Assembly (NCBI GenBank): GCA_034530875.2
Contig: JAVRCJ020000028.1
Location: 36,836 to 98,729 of the forward strand
Reading direction: 5' to 3'
Origin: Nostoc sp. DedSLP01
GTDB taxonomy: Bacteria > Cyanobacteriota > Cyanobacteriia > Cyanobacteriales > Nostocaceae
Length of the DNA: 61,894 nucleotides
Part shown: positions 40,116-51,600 of the stretch, one piece after another
How positions within the stretch are numbered: position 1 is the stretch's first letter
Layout: every line of letters starts with the position of its first letter
The notes under the pieces: generated by a model
The model's database searches: none
What the model was told of the DNA's origin: nothing
What the model saw: only the letters and a program-made list of their open reading frames with translations
Position numbers and translations under genes: made by a program

Positions 40116-41285
40116 ATGACAGACCAACCTTCCGCCGCCACCCCAATGAATTCCGCTGCCATACCCATGAATAGGCAGCCTTTAGCATCGACGACTCCCA
40201 TCAATGCTGTTAATAATAATCCTCCTTCCACTAGCAGGACAGGTGGTGGTTCTGGGAAAACCATTCTCAGTGTTGATTTAGGTAGAACTTCTACAAAAAC
40301 TTGTGTGAGTCGGGAACCCGGCAGTGTGGTTTTCGTACCTGCCAACGTGAAGCAAATGTCAATAGAACAGGTACGTGGCGGTGTTTTTGAAGCCCGTGCT
40401 ACTGACCCCCTAATGGATTTGTGGCTGGAATATCAAGGCAATGGATATGCTGTAGGTCAACTGGCAGCAGATTTTGGAGCGAATTTAGGAGTAGGACAAT
40501 CTAAGGTAGAGGCTGCACTAATCAAGGTGTTAGCATGTGCTGGCTACTTCAAACTCAAAGACGAGATCTCAGTTGTTTTGGGACTGCCTTTTCTTTCTTT
40601 AGAACAATTTGAGAAAGAAAAAGCGCAGTTAATCAGCCAAGTAGGTGGCCCTCATGTGTTAAACTTCCGAGGTGAATCTGTTTCGCTGAACGTCAATAAG
40701 GTTTGGGTGATGCCAGAAGGCTACGGCAGCTTGCTGTGGTGTGAAGCTCAACCGAAGAAAAGCCCAGGTAGTCCCGATTTTACAAAAATATCGGTGGCGA
40801 TCGTTGATATCGGACATCAAACTGTCGATCTGTTGATGGTAGATAACTTCCGCTTTGCCAGAGGTGCTTCTAAGAGCGAAGACTTCGGGATGAATAAGTT
40901 TTATGAACTGGTAGCTGCTGAAATTGAGGGAGCAGATAGTCAATCTCTGGCACTCATTTCCGCTGTTAACAAACCCAAAGGCGAACGCTTTTACCGTCCC
41001 AAAGGTGCTAGCAAGCCTACTAACCTAGACGATTTTCTGCCGAATCTCATTGAAATGTTTTCACGGGAAATTTGCAGCCGCGTGCTAGCCTGGTTGCCAG
41101 AACGTGTTACCGACGTGATTCTTACTGGCGGTGGCGGTGAGTTTTTCTGGGAAGATGTTCAACGTCTGCTCAAGGAAGCAAAGATTAATGCTCATTTATC
41201 TGCACCTTCTCGGCAGGCGAATGCTTTAGGGCAGTATATTTATGGAGAGGCGCAATTATCTGCCGTTCGCGCTGCTAGGGCTTAA
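40116..41285 (+). CDS. Chromosomal ParM/StbA-family actin-like ATPase (CorM-like)
   Basis: Actin-fold motifs: SVDLGRTSTK, MPEGYG, IVDIGHQTVD, ILTGGGG, ANALG. Confidence 0.9.
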   Translation: MTDQPSAATPMNSAAIPMNRQPLASTTPINAVNNNPPSTSRTGGGSGKTILSVDLGRTSTKTCVSREPGSVVFVPANVKQMSIEQVRGGVFEARATDPLMDLWLEYQGNGYAVGQLAADFGANLGVGQSKVEAALIKVLACAGYFKLKDEISVVLGLPFLSLEQFEKEKAQLISQVGGPHVLNFRGESVSLNVNKVWVMPEGYGSLLWCEAQPKKSPGSPDFTKISVAIVDIGHQTVDLLMVDNFRFARGASKSEDFGMNKFYELVAAEIEGADSQSLALISAVNKPKGERFYRPKGASKPTNLDDFLPNLIEMFSREICSRVLAWLPERVTDVILTGGGGEFFWEDVQRLLKEAKINAHLSAPSRQANALGQYIYGEAQLSAVRAARA

Positions 41286-41290
41286 AACTA

Positions 41291-41785
41291 ATGTTCCAAT
41301 GGTCAAAAAAGGTAGTTAAATCCGTCACGTTCAACCCAGGGCTTGCTGATGAAAGCTTGCTAGCGCAAGTAGAAAGTTATTTGGAGAAACAACCCGAAAA
41401 AACTTTTAGCGACTTATGCAAAGAAGCCCTGTGGCAATCCTTATGCGTACCGGAATCTGTACGACCTGCTCCAAAAACAGCAGCCACAATACCGATTGAA
41501 CAACAACCGATTGAACAACAACTCGGTGAGCTGCAACGTCAAGTAGCTGGCCTTGAGGAACGTTTTTTTGCCAAGGGATCTAATCGTTTGGAGGCGTTGG
41601 AACACCATCTGCTGCAACTTTCTCAACAAGTGGCACAACTGGCACTCATTGTTAATGAGCGATCGTTTATTCAGTCTCCAAGTCAAGTAGAAGTAGTAAA
41701 TAATACTCCTTATACTGTTCCTGCCCCTCCTCAAGAGGTTGACCCTGTAATCAGTCGCCTTAGTCAGTTTCTCGATGATTTTTAA
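41291..41785 (+). CDS. ParR-like partner protein (CorR-like)
   Basis: 5 bp downstream of the ParM-like gene; RHH-like KSVTF...TFSDLCKEAL, coiled coil, C-terminal DPVISRLSQFLDDF helix. Confidence 0.75.
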   Translation: MFQWSKKVVKSVTFNPGLADESLLAQVESYLEKQPEKTFSDLCKEALWQSLCVPESVRPAPKTAATIPIEQQPIEQQLGELQRQVAGLEERFFAKGSNRLEALEHHLLQLSQQVAQLALIVNERSFIQSPSQVEVVNNTPYTVPAPPQEVDPVISRLSQFLDDF

Positions 41786-41826
41786 GAAAAAATCACGTTT
41801 TTGAGCAGTTTTTTGCTCCTGTTATC

Positions 41827-41856
41827 AATCCTTAATAGTGTTTACTATTAAGGATT
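41827..41856. terminator. Perfect 13-bp hairpin after the parR-like gene
   Basis: AATCCTTAATAGT-GTTT-ACTATTAAGGATT between convergent genes. Confidence 0.7.
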
Positions 41857-41969
41857 ATTAATATTTTTATATAAAGATAGACATGATTGAGATTTGTGTA
41901 TGTTCGCGATCGCTAACAATGGCAAATTATACTATCCAATAGCAAAATTTAATATAACTTGAGTTCGGG

Positions 41970-42773
41970 TTAATTAGTTGATCGCTTCAGCCCCCTTGTC
42001 ATCTTGTCAGGATGCCGACCTTTTAGTAAAGCAACAGGAAAGTCTTCAGATTCAAAGCTGAAATAAGGTGTCTGTTCTTTTTGACACAAAGTACGAGCGC
42101 TAATAGGTACTCGGTCGCTGAGATGTTTCATGAGATGAGAAACTTTGACAAAATTTTCATGAGGCTGATTGGCTTCTCCCTTCATGGCTTCAATAAGATG
42201 GTAAGTGTAAATACTCATTTGTTTATCAGGTCTAATCCAGGAACTTTCCTCACCTTGAGATGAAGTAAAAACTACCCGACCTTTACCTTGTTTTAAGTCA
42301 TTAATGACACTCTTTGGAATAGGAATTTCCTCAAAGTCAGAGGGAATTTTTTTAGCCGTCGCCATTCCTGCTGCATGACAGCTATCAATGATAACCAAAA
42401 GTCGTTCAGATTTAATCTGGCGCAAGGCATTAGTGAATTCTTCTGCACTCAAAGATGAGTTTTCAAGGTCAAAAGGGTTAATATCATGTGGTAACAAATA
42501 GTAACAATTTTGACTTCTACTAAACCACCCATGCCCTGAATAATAAACAACTATCGTAGCTTTTGGGTTAGCTTGTGCTTTTTCTTTGAGCCAGTTCAAT
42601 TGTTCCAAAATTTTACTGCGTGTAGCTTCTCGATCGTGCAACAGACGAACATGCTCTGAGTCACTAGGATAAGCACAAAAATTAGGGTCAACTAAAACTT
42701 GATGAAGTGCTTGACATTCAGTAAATCGAAGTGAGTACATTGATATAAATAGATCTAAAATAGTCTTGACCAA
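41970..42773 (-). CDS. Caspase-family (peptidase C14) domain, probably 5'-truncated
   Basis: YYSGHG and IIDSCHA catalytic dyad, GRVVFTSS, SIYTYHLIEA, EQTP; the first ~20 residues do not resemble the usual first beta strand. Confidence 0.75.
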   Translation of the reverse strand: MVKTILDLFISMYSLRFTECQALHQVLVDPNFCAYPSDSEHVRLLHDREATRSKILEQLNWLKEKAQANPKATIVVYYSGHGWFSRSQNCYYLLPHDINPFDLENSSLSAEEFTNALRQIKSERLLVIIDSCHAAGMATAKKIPSDFEEIPIPKSVINDLKQGKGRVVFTSSQGEESSWIRPDKQMSIYTYHLIEAMKGEANQPHENFVKVSHLMKHLSDRVPISARTLCQKEQTPYFSFESEDFPVALLKGRHPDKMTRGLKRSTN

Positions 42774-43005
42774 AACCTTGGTTCATGAATAAACGAAAGG
42801 GTTAGATTTATCGTTTGATTTATTTATCAAGGCTCAAAGCGATGTCCATGACGGGCTACATCTACGCATCCCTACATCCAGAAATTCGCCCACTTTTGTG
42901 TTGAAACGCCCGAATATTACTACTACATGTTAATACTATATGCTTTTTTTACTTTATACACTGTATAAATGCTAGAATCCTCAGGTAGACAGTTAGGATA
43001 CCTAG

Positions 43006-44442
43006 ATGGCAGTTGTAGCTAACTCAATCAAGTTTGGCACAGACGGCTGGCGGGGCGTTATTGCAGATGAATTCACCTTTGAACGCCTAGCCCTGGTCGC
43101 CCCAGTTGCTGCAAAAGTATTATATAATACATATTATTCTACGGTGGGTAGCCGGACGATAATTGTCGGTTACGATCGCCGCTTTATGGCGGAAGACTTT
43201 GCTCGTGCTGCCGCCGATGCTGTCACCGCTATTGGATTTGATGTTTTACTAAGTGAAACCTACGCCCCAACCCCAGCTTTTAGTTGGGCAGCAAAACAAC
43301 TGAATGCATTAGGGGCATTAGTAATAACAGCTAGTCATAATCCAGGAACATATTTAGGTTTAAAAGTCAAGGGATATTTTGGTGGCTCGGTGTCGCCAGA
43401 AGTCACACAAGATATAGAAGCACTGTTACCCGAAGGAGTACCATCGGCAGCGACTCCAGGCAAGCAAGAGAAATTCAACCCTTGGCCGAGTTACACCCAA
43501 GCACTCGAACGTAAAGTTGATATTGCCAAGATTAGAGAAGCGATCGCCTCTGATAAACTGACGGTATTTGCCGATGTCATGCATGGTGCTGCGGCTGGCG
43601 GGTTGGCACAACTTCTAGGGGATAAAGTTAAAGAAATCAACAGCGAACGCGACCCTTTATTTGGTGGCGGCGCGCCGGAACCTTTGCCTAAATACCTTTC
43701 CAAACTATTTGAAGTTATCAAAACTCATCGAGAAACCAATAAATCAGGTTTGTCTGTAGGATTGGTATTTGATGGAGACTGCGATCGCATCGCCGCTGTA
43801 GACGGGGAAGCCAACTTCTTGAGTTCTCAAGTGTTGATTCCGATACTCATCGACCACTTAACCCTACGGCGCGGCTTTACGGGTGAAATAGTCAAAACTG
43901 TTAGCGGTTCTGACTTGATGCCCCTTGTGGCAGCACTACATAAACTGTCAGTATTTGAAACACCAGTTGGGTATAAATACATCGCTGACAGAATGTTAGC
44001 AACACAAGTTTTACTAGGCGGTGAAGAGTCCGGAGGAATTGGCTATGGTAGCCATATTCCCGAACGGGATGCACTGCTGTCAGCATTGTACGTCCTAGAA
44101 GCGATTGTAGAATCTGGTTTAGATTTAGGCGAATATTATCGCCACTTGCAGCAACAAACAGGATTTACCTCAGCATACGATCGCATTGATTTACCCTTAG
44201 CCAGTATGGAAGTGCGATCGCGTCTTTTGCAACAACTACAAACCGAACCTTTAAAAGAAATTGCCGGGAAAGCAGTAATTGATTGCCAAACAATCGACGG
44301 CTATAAGTACCGCCTCGCAGATAAAAGCTGGTTAATGATTCGTTTTAGCGGCACTGAACCAGTTTTACGCCTTTATTGCGAAGCCCCAACACTTGAGCAA
44401 GTGCATCAAACTCTTGCTTGGGCGAAACAGTGGGCAGAGTAA
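43006..44442 (+). CDS. Phosphoglucomutase/phosphomannomutase family protein
   Basis: FGTDGWRG, ITASHNP, FDGDCDR, GGEESGG, RFSGTEP. Confidence 0.95.
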   Translation: MAVVANSIKFGTDGWRGVIADEFTFERLALVAPVAAKVLYNTYYSTVGSRTIIVGYDRRFMAEDFARAAADAVTAIGFDVLLSETYAPTPAFSWAAKQLNALGALVITASHNPGTYLGLKVKGYFGGSVSPEVTQDIEALLPEGVPSAATPGKQEKFNPWPSYTQALERKVDIAKIREAIASDKLTVFADVMHGAAAGGLAQLLGDKVKEINSERDPLFGGGAPEPLPKYLSKLFEVIKTHRETNKSGLSVGLVFDGDCDRIAAVDGEANFLSSQVLIPILIDHLTLRRGFTGEIVKTVSGSDLMPLVAALHKLSVFETPVGYKYIADRMLATQVLLGGEESGGIGYGSHIPERDALLSALYVLEAIVESGLDLGEYYRHLQQQTGFTSAYDRIDLPLASMEVRSRLLQQLQTEPLKEIAGKAVIDCQTIDGYKYRLADKSWLMIRFSGTEPVLRLYCEAPTLEQVHQTLAWAKQWAE

Positions 44443-44523
44443 AATATTAGTCATTGGTCATTAGTCATTAGTCCTTTGCAAATAACTAATGCCCAATGCC
44501 CCATGCCCCATGCCCAATGCCCC

Positions 44524-45102
44524 ATGCCCAAATTATTAGTAGTAGCGACAGGAAATCCAGGTAAATTGCGGGAAATGCAAGCTTACCTGCAAAATTCTGG
44601 CTGGGAATTAATCCTTAAACCTGAAGAATTAGAAATTGAAGAGACAGGCGAAACTTTTGCCGCTAATGCCTGCTTGAAAGCATCACAAATTGCCAAAGCG
44701 ACAGGAAACTGGGCTATTGCTGATGATTCAGGTTTAGAAGTAGATGCTTTAAATGGCGCACCAGGCGTATATTCAGCACGCTACGCGAAAACAGACTCAG
44801 AACGCATTGCTAGGTTACTCAAAGAATTAGGTAACGAAGTAAATCGCCAAGCGCAATTTGTTTGTGTAGTGGCGATCGCTAGTCCGGATGGGGCGATCGC
44901 ATTACAATCTGAAGGTATTTGTCGTGGTGAAATTCTTCATACACCTCATGGTAATGGTGGATTTGGCTATGACCCAATTTTTTATGTACCAGAAAAGCAA
45001 TTGACCTTTGCCGAAATGACACCGGAGTTAAAAGGCTCAATTAGTCATCGAGGCAAGGCTTTTACAGCTTTACTGCCGCAACTGGAAAAAATTAAAAGTT
45101 AG
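44524..45102 (+). CDS. rdgB: RdgB/HAM1 non-canonical purine NTP pyrophosphatase
   Basis: Start moved to ATG 44524 because the upstream extension is STRR repeat; ATGNPGK, ADDSGL, GFGYDPIF, SHRGKA. Confidence 0.93.
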   Translation: MPKLLVVATGNPGKLREMQAYLQNSGWELILKPEELEIEETGETFAANACLKASQIAKATGNWAIADDSGLEVDALNGAPGVYSARYAKTDSERIARLLKELGNEVNRQAQFVCVVAIASPDGAIALQSEGICRGEILHTPHGNGGFGYDPIFYVPEKQLTFAEMTPELKGSISHRGKAFTALLPQLEKIKS

Positions 45103-45143
45103 GATCTTTTAGTCCCTTACCAAATCATAGATTTGGGGTCTTT

Positions 45144-45175
45144 AATCAGTGGCGGGTCTAAATCCCCCACTGATT
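45144..45175. terminator. Hairpin between convergent rdgB and glnB
   Basis: AATCAGTGG(C)GG...CCCCCACTGATT inverted repeat followed by (TTCTGAA)x4. Confidence 0.55.
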
Positions 45176-45213
45176 GCATTCTGAATTCTGAATTCTGAAT
45201 TCTGAATTCTGTT

Positions 45214-45573
<360 letters not shown>

Positions 45574-45910
45574 CTAGCTTCGTTTATCTATCTAACCAGA
45601 TCTGTTGTCTGAAACTGTAACTAGTATCGCCTTTACTAAAAGATATGTAATATTTGCCACTTTTTTCAAATTGTAAATGCCTGGCGTAAGTGCTTTTGAA
45701 CCCAGAAATAGCCTTGATTAAGTAATTTGATAATTCATGAACTTGTAACATGAGGAACTTGCCATCAAATTAGCATTTTTTATGTGGTGTGTGTGAGCTA
45801 AAAATAGATAAATTCTGCTATTGAGTAGATCCGCTAGGCTCTTCAAAAGAGCAACGAAAGAGAAATTATACAATAGTCACAAAGGTTGCTGCTGACTGTG
45901 GGAGTGTCAA

Positions 45911-46495
45911 CTAACGTTTTTGATGTTCAAATAAGGGGCGCACAATTAAATATCCAGCAGTGAAAGCTGTAAGCATAATTAACAAGATAGTAATAATTAA
46001 CCACCAACCGTTAAGCTGCTTGCCATTGAGCTCAGCAGTAGCATAATAAGCTACTTCTTGTTCTTCTATAAAAACTGGATCTGGTATCGGGTAATTTATT
46101 TCCATCGAACGTGGAGAAAACTCCTGACGTTTTTTTTGAGGTGGACGCGGATGAGAAACCTTGTGAGGTGGAGGTACTGGTGTTACTGGCTGCTTAGTGG
46201 GACTTTTAACCTTGCCAGAAGGTTGATAAGCTTGCTGTTTAGTAAATATTGCAGATGAATCGACAAAATTTTGTAAGTGTGAAAAAGACTCAACGACTTT
46301 AAAAATTTCTTGACGTAACACTTGATTTTCTTGTGCTAATTGCTGATTTTTTGTCGTGAGTGCATCTAGCTTTGCTTGAGCTGCTTGCAACTCCATTGCC
46401 AATTCCCGGTATACAGATAGTGGTACAGAGGGATGGTAAGCTTGGCTAGGCTGCGTTGGCGAATTTTTGTGAACAGAACCTGTGGTTGTTCGCAT
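45911..46495 (-). CDS. cyDiv: Coiled-coil protein with C-terminal transmembrane helix; probable CyDiv (All2320) homologue
   Basis: PSVPLSVYRELA..LQ coiled coil, C-terminal transmembrane WWLIITILLIMLTAFTAGYLIVRP; position upstream of glnB matches recalled all2320/all2319 synteny. Confidence 0.6.
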   Translation of the reverse strand: MRTTTGSVHKNSPTQPSQAYHPSVPLSVYRELAMELQAAQAKLDALTTKNQQLAQENQVLRQEIFKVVESFSHLQNFVDSSAIFTKQQAYQPSGKVKSPTKQPVTPVPPPHKVSHPRPPQKKRQEFSPRSMEINYPIPDPVFIEEQEVAYYATAELNGKQLNGWWLIITILLIMLTAFTAGYLIVRPLFEHQKR

Positions 46496-46680
46496 TGGGG
46501 CTTGGTATTAAAAATTAAAGTGATTAGATTGTACAGAGATGCTAACAAAGATAGTCAGTCCTTAAACTATGCCCAAGAATAATAGAAAAATGTCGAGACG
46601 GCAAAGATTTTTTATTGGGCATGGGGCATTGGGTATGGGGAAAGGGTAAGGGGGAAAGGTTAGATTTATGCCTTTACCCT

Positions 46681-47547
46681 TTACCCTTTAACCTTTTCCC
46701 CTGCCCCTCTACCTTTTCCCCATCTCTCCATATCCAATAATGGGAAGAAATGCCCCACAGGCCCTTGTCCTTGACCAATATCTAGGGCGTAAGCGAGTGC
46801 AGTAGTTACATATTCCTTGGCTTGTTGCACTGCTTGCCATAAATTCTGCCCCTTTGCCAGATTAGCAGCGATCGCAGCAGATAGCGTACAACCAGTACCG
46901 TGGGTATTTGTTGTCTCTACTTGCTGGCAATTTAAAACTTCTAACTTTTCTCCATCAAACCAAATATCGACACCACACAAATTTCCTTGCATACCTCCAC
47001 CTTTGACTAAAACAGCTTTTGTCCGTAAGGTTTTGTGAATAATTTCGGCAGCCGCTTGCATATCATCTAAGGAATGAATTTGTAAACCGCTTAAAATCTG
47101 TGCTTCGTACCGATTGGGCGTAACGATCGCTGCTTTGGGAATCAGGGTATGGCACAGAGTCTTCACTGCATCATCATCAATCAATTGTGCCCCAGTACGT
47201 GACACCATTACTGGATCGACTACTAGATTATTAATTTCCAATGCTTCTACTTCTCGGGCCACAGCAAAGATAATTTCCTGATTCAGCAACATTCCTGTTT
47301 TGGCTGCTTGCACGCCAATATCTTCAACTACTGCCCGAATTTGCGCCACAACAGCTTCTTTTGGCATAGCGTCAACCCTCATGACTTCCAGAGTGTTTTG
47401 TGCGGTGACGCAGGTTATAGCGCTAGTACCGTGGATGCAATGAAAAGCAAAGGTGCGTAAATCAGCTTGAATTCCTGCACCGCCACCACTATCTGAACCA
47501 GCAATGGTTAAAGCAACAGGTATTTTGGATATGATTTCAGCATTCAT
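46681..47547 (-). CDS. thiD: Hydroxymethylpyrimidine/phosphomethylpyrimidine kinase
   Basis: LTIAGSDSGGGAGIQADL, DPVM, TPN..EA, THGTGCTLS. Confidence 0.95.
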   Translation of the reverse strand: MNAEIISKIPVALTIAGSDSGGGAGIQADLRTFAFHCIHGTSAITCVTAQNTLEVMRVDAMPKEAVVAQIRAVVEDIGVQAAKTGMLLNQEIIFAVAREVEALEINNLVVDPVMVSRTGAQLIDDDAVKTLCHTLIPKAAIVTPNRYEAQILSGLQIHSLDDMQAAAEIIHKTLRTKAVLVKGGGMQGNLCGVDIWFDGEKLEVLNCQQVETTNTHGTGCTLSAAIAANLAKGQNLWQAVQQAKEYVTTALAYALDIGQGQGPVGHFFPLLDMERWGKGRGAGEKVKG

Positions 47548-48307
47548 ATAAGATTCAATTTACTGAAATACAGTAACAGGGGTGTTTAACGAAGGCAGGA
47601 GGCAGGGGGCAGAAGGCAGGAGGCCGTTTTTGTAACGAGAATTTATACCCCATTCCAAAAACTTTGGACGAAGTACGGTTTTAGACCAGATTGTTTCGAT
47701 AAAGTCATCTTTAATATCATTTGATTAAATTGTATCCATTGCAACGCCATTACTTGGATCTGACTAATCCTTTTTGAACTTTTCACAAGCTGTTTTGAAT
47801 GCTGAAATCTTCCCTTAGCAGTGTAAAGCTGAAAGACAAAAAGGAAAAGGTTTTGTCTTTTTCCCTTTTTCCTAGCCCAAAAAAAGCAATTTTGGCTTGT
47901 CAGACTACCAAAAACGATCGAGATTACTAGTAAGAAGCTCGTTGTTAGGCGATCGCTTTGGCTGCCAACTAAATTTTAGAGTAACTTCATCAAATCCTTG
48001 CACAAAGCGCTCTTCGTTCCTATATTGCGCTGAAAATTGACACGATTCCACACCAAATGTCCATATATTTTTGCCTTTTGTTGTAAAAAATTTAACAAAA
48101 TCTGAGTATTTACTGATATCAATCGCTGTTTGTGAAGGTTAGTCTAAATTGAAGTATCACAATTCGCTTACACGGATTAAAACAGGTTTGATTAAGTTGT
48201 TATATTAGTCCCCTTAAGTTCAGGGGTCAATTTACTAAAGTTTAAAACAATCAGCTTTGACCATTCTAATTTTAAGTCCCCAGTTAGCAACCAGGGGTGC
48301 GCTCTAC

Positions 48308-48560
48308 CATGCAGATTTGGCAACTTCTGACTTCAGACAACGAATTAAGTTCAGAGGAATTAGATCCATACTATGAAGCGATCGCCATATCGAAAATATA
48401 GTACCAGCAATCCCAATGGAGATCCGATTGAATTCGACTCTCAGGCGATCGGACGAACAGACTAATTGTCCGATTACCCTCAACAACAACCTGATGATTG
48501 ATGGTATCGATATCCCTGGTTTAACTATCAGCGATTAATAGAAAAAAAGTTTTTAGTTTG
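48308..48560 (+). pseudogene. Decayed relic of a surface-protein N-terminal domain
   Basis: Fragments EAIA, GDPIEFDS and ITLNNNLMIDGIDIPGLTISD**KKVF lie in shifting frames with stops. Confidence 0.4.
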
Positions 48561-48658
48561 ACAGCAGCATTTTGACGATCGACGCAATTTGAAGTTGCGA
48601 TCGGACAACTATAGCTGTCTCACTACCAATTCCCTTGTAAATATTTGGAGTTAACCTA

Positions 48659-51600
48659 ATGGCTGGCACAACATACTACGTTTCTGGAACAGGTAGCGAT
48701 AGCAATAATGGCTTGCAAGAAGGAACTGCCTTTCGCACTCTGCAACAAGCTGCAAACTTAGTAAAAGCAGGCGACACGGTATACGTCATGAACGGTACTT
48801 ACGAGCAGAGTCAATATCCCTATAATCCCATACTCAGTATCAATCAAAAACACGGCACACAAACAGCACCAATCACATTCACCGCCTATCCCGGCCACAA
48901 TCCTCTAATCAAATCAGTTAATTTTAACGCCGTCAGCATTATCGCATCGTCCTACGTTGTCATCGAAGGTCTGACAATCGTTGGTGCCAACGACAAGATT
49001 ACATTAGAGTATGCAGAGTCTGTAAAAGGCGATTTAAATAATCCGCTAACCAATGGTAATGGTATCTATATCCAACCTGATAAGAATAATAACAGCTCTC
49101 ACCACATTACAATTCGTGGTAACACTATTTCTAAATTTCCCAGTGGTGGAATTATATCCAAAGAGGCTGACTATATCACAATTGAGAACAATACTGTTTC
49201 TGAAACATGCTGGTATAGCCCTTGGGGAGCAAACGCTATTTCTGCTCTTGCTAACAGAAATTTAGATAACAATACTAGCGATTACAAATTCATCATTCGG
49301 AATAACGTCAGTTACGACAATTACACTTTCATTCCTTGGTGGGATAGCGATACAGGTAAGGTAACTGAAGGACATGGCATTATGATTGATTCTGCTAATA
49401 GTCTGGGCTTGGATAATCAGCCCTACAAAGGAAAAATTTTAATTGCCAATAACCTTTCTTACAACAATGGTGGCGCTGGTATCCAGGTATTTAAAAGTTC
49501 CAATGTTGATGTAGTTAACAACACAACTTACCAAAACTCCCAACACCCCGATCTCGCGGGCTGTGGTGAGATTTTGATTAGTGGTGGAGCATCAAATGTG
49601 AACGTTGTAAATAACATTATGTATGCGCGGTTAAATAATTATTCGTATGTTGTAGGTGGCTCAACTACAAACATCAAAGCCGACCATAATTTGATTTACA
49701 ACACTGATAAATACAGTACAAAAGGAACTAATTTCATTCTGGGTAAAGATCCGCTATTTGTTGATGCTGCAAATCGGAATTTTGCCCTCCAAGCTGGGAG
49801 TGCTGCAATTGATAATGGTTCCGACACCTTCAATGCCATCACTAAAAACGTGCTTCACGATGGCGATGGTAATGGGATTGCAACCGTTGACATTGGTGCT
49901 TATGAAGCCCCAACAAGTAAAATCCCTACTCCTGAAATTCAAGTTCTCAATGGTACAGTTGACATTGCAGATGGGAGTACGACTGCAATTAGCTTTGGCG
50001 AAGCGATCGCTGGCAACACTCTGACCAAAACCTTTACCATTAAAAACACCGGTTTAGCTGCACTCAATCTCAGCGAACTCAAACTTCCCAACGGATTTAG
50101 CTTGGTAGGGACTCTCCCCACGAGTCTGGCTGTTAATGATTCCACCACCATCACAGTGGCACTCAACGCCACTACACCTGGTACATATAGTGGCAATCTG
50201 ATTTTAAGTAACAACGATAGTAACGAAAGCCCCTTTGATTTTGCTATCAGTGGCATTGTTAAACCTGTTCCCGTGCCTGAAATTCAACTTCTCAATGGCA
50301 CAACTAACATTACAGATGGAAGTACGACTGCAATTAAATTTGGCGAAGCGATCGTTGGCAATACTCTGACTAAAACTTTTACGATTAAGAACACCGGTAC
50401 GGCTGCACTCAATCTCAGCGAACTTAAACTTCCCAACGGATTTAGCTTAGTTGGAACTCTCCCCACGAGTGTAGCTGCGAATGCTTCAACTACCATCACA
50501 GTGGCACTCAACGCCACTACACCTGGTACATATAGTGGCAATCTGATTTTAAGTAACAATGATGGTAACGAAAGCCCCTTTGACTTTGCCATCAGTGGCA
50601 TCATTAAACCTCCTCCTGCGCCTGAAATTCAACTTCTCAATGGTACGACTAACATTACAGATGGAAGTACGACTGCAATTAAATTTGGCGAAGCGATTGT
50701 TGGCAACACTCTGACCAAAACCTTTACGATTAAGAACATCGGTACGGCTGCACTTAATCTCAGCGAACTTAAACTTCCCAACGGGTTTAGCTTAGTAGGA
50801 ACTCTCCCCACAAGTGTAGCTGTGAATGCTTCAACTACCATCACAGTTGCACTCAACGCCACTACACCTGGCACATATAGCGGCAATCTGATTTTTAGCA
50901 ACAACGATAGTAACGAAAGCCCCTTTGATTTTGCCATCAGTGGCATCATTAAACCTGTTCCTGTGCCTGAAATTCAAGTTCTCAATGGTACAGTTGACAT
51001 TGCAGATGGGAGTACGACTGCAATTAACTTTGGCGAAGCGATCGCTGGCAATACTCTGACCAAAACCTTTACGATTAAGAACACCGGTACGGCTGCACTC
51101 AATCTCAGCGAACTCAAACTTCCTAACGGATTTAGCTTGGTAGGGACTCTCCCCACGAGTCTGGCTGCGAGTGCTTCCACCAGCATTAAAGTTGCACTCA
51201 ACACCACTACACCTGGTACATATAGTGGCAATCTGATTTTAAGCAACAACGATAGTAACGAAAGCCCCTTTGACTTTGCTATCAGTGGCATCGTTAAACC
51301 TGTTCCTGTGCCTGAAATTCAAGTTCTCAATGGCACAGTTGACATTGCAGATGGGAGTACGACCGCAATTAACTTTGGTGAATTCATCGCTGGCAGCACT
51401 GCGAGCAAAACCTTTACGATTAAAAACATCGGTACGGCTGCACTCAATCTCAGCGAACTCAAACTTCCCAACGGATTTAGCTTAGTGGGGACTCTCCCCA
51501 CGAGTGTGGCTGCGAATGCTTCCACCACCATCAAAGTGGCACTCAACACCACTACACCTGGTACATATAGTGGCAATCTGATTTTAAGTAACAACGATAG

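Noticed and set aside
44476..44523. N-terminal extension of RdgB (MQITNAQCPMPHAQCP)
   Set aside because: Translation of an STRR tract; the real start is probably 44524.
45623..45637. NtcA box upstream of glnB
   Set aside because: The best match is GTA-N7-TAC, not GTA-N8-TAC, so it cannot be supported from sequence alone.
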